Source: an uncultured Alphaproteobacteria bacterium
Lineage (GTDB): Bacteria; Pseudomonadota; Alphaproteobacteria; Rhizobiales; Aestuariivirgaceae
Direction: 5' to 3'
NCBI GenBank assembly: GCA_963700885.1
Contig: CAVOZJ010000030.1
Span: 46,563-110,562 of the forward strand
Length of the DNA: 64,000 nt
Below the pieces are notes generated by a model that was not told the origin of the DNA, did no database searches, and saw nothing but the letters and a program-made list of their open reading frames with translations. This document shows, piece by piece, positions 58,349 through 64,000 of this stretch (positions are counted from its first letter, which is position 1; every line of letters starts with the position of its first letter). A program made the translations under genes and the position numbers.

Positions 58349-60454
58349 TCACAAATCTTCCCGCCATTTAACGGCAGTCATTTGGAGCCAGCTGGGCAGG
58401 AGTGGTTTCAAGGCTGGTGTTAGATCATCAATGGCGGCGCTTCGGATCATATTGAGGACCTGTTTGTCATCGCGGCTCAATGAACGTTTTGACCAGGCGC
58501 CCTTAATGCCATCCACTGCCTGCGCGAAGCCCTCGGTCCAAGCTTGGAAGCGCTTTGGGGGCAGGTCTCGAACCTCTCCGCCGATCTCGCCGAGGATTAC
58601 AGCTTCATCCAGCGCGCCGTAGCGCAACATAAGGATGTCGAGGATGCGTTGAATGGACCCGCGCCCCTTCACCTCGATCCCCTCCATTAGCGGCATCAGC
58701 CATTCATTTGGTGATACGAATTCCGGGGCGATCAGAACGGCGGTCAGGTAACCATCAATCTGATCCGGTTTGAGCGGGCTGCCTTTGAGTAACTTGGCCA
58801 ACTCGCCCTGTCGCTCAGCCTCGATTGCAGGCGGCTCGAACTCTTCGTTGTCCCTCTCCGAGTCGTCTCCGAGAACTTCCATTGCGCGCGCCGCTGCCAC
58901 CTCCAGCGTTTGCCCGAGGATATCCTCAAAGACTGGTATCTTCTTCATCTCTCGTCCAGCCTCCATCGCCTGGGCGACAACGGCAAAGCTCATCCATGCG
59001 TCAGGTGGGGCGTTGCGGTCGTGGCGCAGGATGAGCGATGATCGAGCAAAGAATTTTGCCCAGCGATCGCGCCTGTCCTCGAGATGTCCAGCGACAATCT
59101 TCTTTGCGCTGGCGGCGGTTGAGGCCTCTTCAAGCGCTGCCATCAAAGTGGCGTCAGATACGAACCAACTGCTGGAGATGTCATGCTCTGAGAACCAGTC
59201 CCGGCTCTTGCCGATCAGCCGCCCACGGCGGTTGTCTGACAGAGGCTCAAGCTCTCCTTCCGGATCAATCGCCGCGAGAAGTGCCGCATGTCCTCCGGTT
59301 TGTGGCGTCAATTCGCCAATGCCGAACATCGGCGCGACATCCAGGAAGCCCGGCGTCGTCACCGCACCGCGCGCCAGCCCGTCACCAAGGGCAAACCCAA
59401 TGGCGGGGGCGAGGTAGGAAGGTGACACGTCATGCATCGTCATCGCCTGTTCAATTTGCTCAACGATGGTTTTCTGATCGCCTCTGCTGGAACAAGGAAT
59501 GACATAGGCGTCCTTTATCCCGTGCCCTTCCTTGATCATTGCCACGGCCACCGCGCGTGTGTTTCCACGGCTACAGACGCCCAGAATGCTTTGTGAGCCG
59601 GTGCCGTCGGGAAGCGACGTCATCACCCGATGAAGCCGCCAAGGTTGCGGGACAGTTCCACCTGACGGTTCCCGTCGCAGCGCAGTCTCAATCAGTGTAT
59701 CGAGCGCTTTCCCGTTTGGCACCCAGTTGCGGATCCGGATGAGGTCGGACAGCAGGGCCGCATCCACCTGTGCGACTTCCGCAAGCAGCCCGAACCCGCC
59801 GATGGCCGCATCGCGCATCTCCGCAACCGGATCGAGCAGAAAGTACCGCCCCACGGCAATCATGCGAGGATCGCCTTGCCCGATCATCTGCGTCAGGATT
59901 GCGGTTGTTACCTGTGCAGGCATGGCGCCCACAACTTCTCGAAGTTCGGTATAGGTCTCAAAAGGCGTGGACCCTTCTGGAACAAACCCTTCTGCTAGTC
60001 CCGCGACATCCGGAAGCTCCGGCATTTCGTTTCCCGGAAAAGCCTCAAAGGCGTCTGGTGCCCTGCGCAGCTGGTCGGGTGGTATGAGACCGGCACGGAG
60101 GTAAGCCTGGCAAAGTCCGAAGCAGGACTCGGCGTCAAGTTCACCTGCTCTAGCCCGTTCCGCCAGACCCGCCGCCAGGACCTGGAAAAAGTGGCTCGCC
60201 CCCGGCTCCTCATTTTCATTGTTTATGCGCGCCTCGTCCAAGACACGCGACGTAAGGGTAAGGCAGTCATCGGTGCGTTCTGCGTCAGCATTGGATAGCG
60301 TGTCGACGAGCTCCAGAACCGCTTCGGGATCACGCGAAAGAGACGCCGCCCATCGATCAGTCCACAACAGCGTTCCTCTTGGATCACCTGTGGTTGGCCG
60401 GTCCATAAGACAATTGTCGATTATTTCAGTCACCAATACCCCCAAACCTTGCAT
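58349..60454 (-). CDS. large hypothetical protein with a C-terminal UPF0149 (YecA-like) domain
   Basis: 701-aa ORF. Only the last ~170 aa were recognised (PDQIDGYLTAVLIAPEFVSPNEWLMPL...FQAWTEGFAQAV). The N-terminal ~520 aa have no motif I can name. Confidence 0.5.
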   Translation of the reverse strand: MQGLGVLVTEIIDNCLMDRPTTGDPRGTLLWTDRWAASLSRDPEAVLELVDTLSNADAERTDDCLTLTSRVLDEARINNENEEPGASHFFQVLAAGLAERARAGELDAESCFGLCQAYLRAGLIPPDQLRRAPDAFEAFPGNEMPELPDVAGLAEGFVPEGSTPFETYTELREVVGAMPAQVTTAILTQMIGQGDPRMIAVGRYFLLDPVAEMRDAAIGGFGLLAEVAQVDAALLSDLIRIRNWVPNGKALDTLIETALRREPSGGTVPQPWRLHRVMTSLPDGTGSQSILGVCSRGNTRAVAVAMIKEGHGIKDAYVIPCSSRGDQKTIVEQIEQAMTMHDVSPSYLAPAIGFALGDGLARGAVTTPGFLDVAPMFGIGELTPQTGGHAALLAAIDPEGELEPLSDNRRGRLIGKSRDWFSEHDISSSWFVSDATLMAALEEASTAASAKKIVAGHLEDRRDRWAKFFARSSLILRHDRNAPPDAWMSFAVVAQAMEAGREMKKIPVFEDILGQTLEVAAARAMEVLGDDSERDNEEFEPPAIEAERQGELAKLLKGSPLKPDQIDGYLTAVLIAPEFVSPNEWLMPLMEGIEVKGRGSIQRILDILMLRYGALDEAVILGEIGGEVRDLPPKRFQAWTEGFAQAVDGIKGAWSKRSLSRDDKQVLNMIRSAAIDDLTPALKPLLPSWLQMTAVKWREDL

Positions 60455-60713
60455 CTATCCTCAGCATCATAGTTTCTAGCGCGCGGCCGCTCTCAGCAAA
60501 GGCTAACATTGGCAAGTGGCGTCCGAAAGTCGTCTTAGTTCGCAGACCGCTTGAATTCGACGGGGCCTGAATTTCGCGAGCCCGGCCAATGTCCCCTCTG
60601 ACAGGCTGCGCCGCAGCATCTCGGCCCACTGATGAACGGCAGTTATGGGCCGAAACGGTATTCTTCAAGATTACCTGCGCGGGTATCCCGGGTCAGGAAA
60701 TACCAAATCCTAT

Positions 60714-61904
60714 TCAGGACAGGCTGAGTTCGTCACCTAGCCTGACCAGAAACCTGTCACACTCTGCCAGTTGGCTTGTGGCAACAAACTCGTCAGGCTT
60801 GTGCGCCTGGTCGATGGAGCCTGGCCCGCAGATCACCGTCGACATGCCGGCAGCCTGAAAATGCCCCGCTTCGGTTCCGTAGGACACGACGCCGGTACGG
60901 TTTGAACCGGTCAACCGCATGGCAAGCGATTTTGCTTCGCCGTCCGGTTCAGGTTCCAGTCCGGGTACATTGACATAATTGTCCGTCTCAATGCCGGCAG
61001 CCGGGAATCTGGCGCGGATGATCTCGTTGCGGGTTTGCGCAAATCCCGCAATCCGGTCGCGAATTTCGTTCTCGTCCTGATCCGGCAGTAACCGGGCCTC
61101 CCAGGAGATGATCGCCTGGTTGGGCACAATGTTGACTGTCGTGCCGGAGTGAATAGCGCCAACGTGCACGGTGGTGAATGGCGGATCGAACGGGCAGTTC
61201 CCGTCGGCCTTGTCGCGCATTTCCTGCGCAACCAGGTTGATCTCGCTGGTTAACAGCACAGCCTCGTTCAGGGCGCTCCAGCCCAGGTGCGGTTTGCTGG
61301 AATGGGCTTCGACCCCGGTTACGGTAGTCAGGAAGGCCTGGCAAGCCTTCTGGCCTGTAACCACGTCCATCATCGTCGGTTCGCCGACAATGCAGATCGA
61401 TGGTTTCGGCATATCGTGGCCAAACCGCCTGATGGCCGGAAGAACGCCTTCACAACTTACTTCTTCATCGCATGAAAAAACCAGATGAACCGGCCGGCTG
61501 AGATTGCGCGCCTTCAATTGCGGCACAGCCGCCAGACAACACGCCAGAAACCCTTTCATGTCGCATGTGCCGCGTCCAAAAAAGTCGCCATCCACATCCG
61601 TCATGGTGAATGGGTCACTCGACCAGGCCTGGCCCGTGACCGGCACCGTATCGGTATGTCCGGAAAGCACTATTCCTCCATCGATGGCTGGCCCGATGCT
61701 GGCGACCAGGTTGGTCTTGCCGGGTGCGTAATCAGCCCGCACCGCAGCAACATCGTGATCACGCAAAAAGGCCTCGATAAACTCGATCAGCCGGAAGTTG
61801 GAATTGCACGAGGTTGTATCAAAGCTGATCAGTTGCCCGAGCACCTGAGCTGACGTCATGGTGGTCCGGGTGCTCAAGGCTGAAGTCTCCATCATACGGG
61901 TCAA
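60714..61904 (-). CDS. argE: acetylornithine deacetylase / M20 peptidase (ArgE-like)
   Basis: LISFDTTS...VLSGHTDTVP...FFGRGTCDMKGF...FSCDEEV...GPGSIDQAHKPDEF. The start may be the internal MTSAQV. Confidence 0.8.
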   Translation of the reverse strand: MTRMMETSALSTRTTMTSAQVLGQLISFDTTSCNSNFRLIEFIEAFLRDHDVAAVRADYAPGKTNLVASIGPAIDGGIVLSGHTDTVPVTGQAWSSDPFTMTDVDGDFFGRGTCDMKGFLACCLAAVPQLKARNLSRPVHLVFSCDEEVSCEGVLPAIRRFGHDMPKPSICIVGEPTMMDVVTGQKACQAFLTTVTGVEAHSSKPHLGWSALNEAVLLTSEINLVAQEMRDKADGNCPFDPPFTTVHVGAIHSGTTVNIVPNQAIISWEARLLPDQDENEIRDRIAGFAQTRNEIIRARFPAAGIETDNYVNVPGLEPEPDGEAKSLAMRLTGSNRTGVVSYGTEAGHFQAAGMSTVICGPGSIDQAHKPDEFVATSQLAECDRFLVRLGDELSLS

Positions 61905-61922
61905 TAGCTTTTTCCAGTGACA

Positions 61923-62321
61923 TCAGTTGATGGTAGGTTCTGCATCCGGTGAGTCCAGTGAAAATGCCGGGACTTCAACCTGCAGCATTGCGCCATTGCT
62001 TTCTTCCATTGTGTAGAAACCGGCCATGAAGCCGCTGGGCGTGGCAAGCGGGCAACCGGATGTATATTCAAACCGCTCTCCGGGGCCCAGTGTCGGTTGT
62101 TTGCCGACGACGCCTTCCCCGTCAACGTCCTGCCGCTGACCGTTCGCGTCAATGATTTCCCAGTGCCGGGTTCGCAAGGTTACGGTTTTGCTGCCCTTGT
62201 TTTCGATGGATATCGTATAGGCCCAGACATAGAAGTTTTCATCCGGATCGGAGCGGTCGTCCAGGTATTGTGGCAGCACTGTTACCTGTATGTCGTGTGT
62301 GACGGCCTGGTAAATGTCCAT
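61923..62321 (-). CDS. apaG: Co2+/Mg2+ efflux-associated protein ApaG
   Basis: IQVTVLPQYLDDRSDPDENFYVWAYTISIEN...LRTRHWEIIDANG...GEGVVGKQP.L.PGE.FEYTSG. Confidence 0.9.
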   Translation of the reverse strand: MDIYQAVTHDIQVTVLPQYLDDRSDPDENFYVWAYTISIENKGSKTVTLRTRHWEIIDANGQRQDVDGEGVVGKQPTLGPGERFEYTSGCPLATPSGFMAGFYTMEESNGAMLQVEVPAFSLDSPDAEPTIN

Positions 62322-62467
62322 GATTCGCTTTGCCGATGGTTTGTTTGCACGCCTTTGGCGATACAGTAAATGATTGGGTCAAACGTCGCGTTGGTTCAGT
62401 TTATCCACGAAAAACAACGCGCATGCGCCTGACAAGTGATCGCAAGTGCCGACACTGATATGCCGAT

Positions 62468-63607
62468 ATGGTAATTCTGTCACCTGAAACCCATCGGAAA
62501 GCAATACGGATGACCTTGCAGACTGCCAACGGTATCGCACCGGCTCATGTAATTCGCCAGATGGTTGAGACCGGTCATGTTGTTGCCGGGACCCCGCTGG
62601 ATGTGGACCAGGTACAACCCGCCAGCCTGGATTTGCGGTTGGGACAAGTGGCCTGGCGCGTGCGCGCGTCATTCATGCCCGGCCCGCGGCACACGGTTTC
62701 TGACCGGCTGGAGCAGCTTTCCCTGCACAGGATCGATTTGACTGACGGTGCAGTTCTGGAAGTCGGTTGTGTCTACATCGTGCCGCTTCTGGAATCGCTT
62801 GCTTTGGACGCTGCAGTGTCGGCTTCGGCCAATCCGAAGAGTTCCACCGGCAGGCTGGATGTCTTTACCCGGGTTATTGCTGACAGGGCGGCCGAGTTTG
62901 ACAAGGTGCCTGCCGGATACGCAGGCCCGCTCTATGCTGAAATATCACCTCGCACATTCCCGATCCTTGTTCGCACCGGTTCCCGCCTGTCGCAGATCCG
63001 TTTTCGCGCTGGTTCCGTGGCTCCCAGCGATGAACTGATCCACAAACTGCACAATCAGAAGCCACTGGTCACTTCAGGTAACGTTTCCATCGACAATGGC
63101 ATTGCATTGAGCGTTGACCTGTCGAGTTTTGGAGACGGTCAACCGGTCGGATTTCGCGCCAGGCGCCACTCCGGTCTGGTGGACGTCGACAGAAAGGCTG
63201 GCCTGGAAGTCCTCGATTACTGGGATCCGATCTGGCAGCACGGCTCCCTGATACTCGACCCGGACCAGTTTTATATTCTGGCCTCAAAAGAAGCCGTTCG
63301 CGTGCCGCCGACCCATGCTGCTGAAATGGTGCCGTTCAATCCGCTGGTTGGTGAGTTCCGGGTACATTATGCGGGCTTTTTTGACCCCGGATTTGGCGAT
63401 GTGTCAGGCGACGGCGAGGGCTCTCGCGCGGTTCTGGAAGTCCGCAGCCATGAAGTGCCGTTCATTCTTGAAGACGGCCAGATCATCGGACGACTGGTTT
63501 ATGAACCCCTCAGCGAGCCGCCCGAAACCGTGTATGGCCAGGGCATCGGTTCAAACTATCAGAAGCAGGGTCTGAAGCTGTCCAAGCATTTCAAGCCTTT
63601 CAGGTAG
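62468..63607 (+). CDS. 2'-deoxycytidine 5'-triphosphate deaminase-like protein (long DCD family)
   Basis: QVQPASLDLRLG...VYIVPLLESL...ANPKSSTGRLDVFTRVI...FRVHYAGFFDPGFG. The start may be ATG 62510. Confidence 0.8.
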   Translation: MVILSPETHRKAIRMTLQTANGIAPAHVIRQMVETGHVVAGTPLDVDQVQPASLDLRLGQVAWRVRASFMPGPRHTVSDRLEQLSLHRIDLTDGAVLEVGCVYIVPLLESLALDAAVSASANPKSSTGRLDVFTRVIADRAAEFDKVPAGYAGPLYAEISPRTFPILVRTGSRLSQIRFRAGSVAPSDELIHKLHNQKPLVTSGNVSIDNGIALSVDLSSFGDGQPVGFRARRHSGLVDVDRKAGLEVLDYWDPIWQHGSLILDPDQFYILASKEAVRVPPTHAAEMVPFNPLVGEFRVHYAGFFDPGFGDVSGDGEGSRAVLEVRSHEVPFILEDGQIIGRLVYEPLSEPPETVYGQGIGSNYQKQGLKLSKHFKPFR

Positions 63608-63616
63608 TTGCGGTTC

Positions 63617-63817
63617 ATTCCGCTCACGCCAGCAGCCTTTCGGCTGCGCTCCGCTGGGGCGCACTTCGTGCGGCGCGCAGTCGCGCTTGCCTCGGCACTT
63701 CGTGCCTCGGAGAGGAATTCATCACAATAGTTGTTCAGGGTCGGAGAACGGCCCGAACGAAGTGAGGACAAGCTGTTCGACCACAAATGTATGCAAGGCT
63801 GCTGGCGTGAGCGGAAT
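63617..63817. repeat. MITE/REP-like element bounded by perfect 21-bp inverted repeats
   Basis: ATTCCGCTCACGCCAGCAGCC (63617-63637) is the exact reverse complement of GGCTGCTGGCGTGAGCGGAAT (63797-63817). The GCAC-TTC/GAA-GTGC hairpin box occurs about 3 times in and next to it. No ORF is present. Confidence 0.55.
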
Positions 63818-63853
63818 AAAACCAACCCGGCACGAAGTGCTCGGGCAAGAATT

Positions 63854-64000
63854 TCAATTCTCGTCCATCTTGAGCGCGGCGATGAAGGCTGTCTGCGGAA
63901 TCTCGACACGGCCAAACTGGCGCATTTTCTTCTTGCCTTCCTTCTGCTTGTCCAGCAGCTTGCGCTTGCGCGATACATCGCCGCCATAACACTTCGCGGT
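63854..64000 (-). CDS. lepA: elongation factor 4 (LepA), C-terminal end only
   Basis: Hand translation of the minus strand gives ...[48 protein letters not shown]. This is the conserved LepA tail. The 5' part lies outside the window. Confidence 0.85.
   Translation of the reverse strand, partial: TAKCYGGDVSRKRKLLDKQKEGKKKMRQFGRVEIPQTAFIAALKMDEN

Overview
This 64-kb window looks like chromosome from a GC-rich alphaproteobacterium, probably Hyphomicrobiales/Rhizobiales-like. The taxonomic call rests on gcrA, a PleC/DivJ/PdhS-type kinase, murA-DUF2948-hisD-UPF0262-LMW-PTP-maf-yacG synteny, and a tRNA-His with A73 and no encoded G-1.

Content from left to right:
(1) A minus-strand cobalamin operon of the cbiX/cbiG type (cobM, cbiG-cobJ fusion, cobI, cobL, cobH, long-form cbiX). 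A small His-motif membrane ORF and a possible B12 riboswitch lie upstream.
(2) An atypical receiver-TM-HTH protein, a frameshifted acetoacetyl-CoA synthetase, and asmA-moaE-nuclease, trkH and a GNAT.
(3) tRNA-Thr, then the murA...yacG housekeeping block.
(4) tRNA-Phe followed by a decayed island. It holds half an integrase fused to a truncated DUF3302 gene, a HlyD-type adaptor, gene remnants, a CBS protein, a secreted protein, an LssY-like protein, an SDR, a truncated HTH stub, and an AT-rich cassette with a PliG-like lysozyme inhibitor.
(5) A soluble multi-PAS cell-cycle-type histidine kinase and tRNA-His.
(6) A TAXI-TRAP transporter with both genes broken by 1-nt indels. It is followed by glycerate kinase, a four-carbon acid sugar kinase, a PfkB kinase, an ArsS-like radical SAM protein and tRNA-Gly.
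(7) An SBP, an alpha/beta hydrolase, a Crp/Fnr regulator and a CocE/NonD hydrolase.
(8) A complete Pho cluster (phoR, Pho box, pstSCAB, phoU, phoB) with a 1-nt insertion in pstC.
(9) gcrA, argD-argF-hslO, a GNAT plus a 701-aa unknown protein, argE, apaG, a dCTP-deaminase-like gene, a MITE-like repeat and the 3' end of lepA.

I found no CRISPR array, rRNA, intact transposase or recognisable defence or toxin cassette, and no convincing self-contained novel multi-gene system.

The most unusual signals are:
- A cluster of single-nucleotide indels in otherwise conserved genes (aacS, TAXI SBP, TAXI permease, pstC).
- The deletion junctions of the tRNA-Phe island.
- The AT-rich PliG-like cassette that truncates an HTH gene.
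- The small His-motif protein coupled to cbiX.
- The 701-aa UPF0149-tailed protein.
- A 21-bp-TIR repeat element.

All calls come from reading the ORF track and hand translation. Start codons are approximate, and family names are recollections of motifs, not search results.
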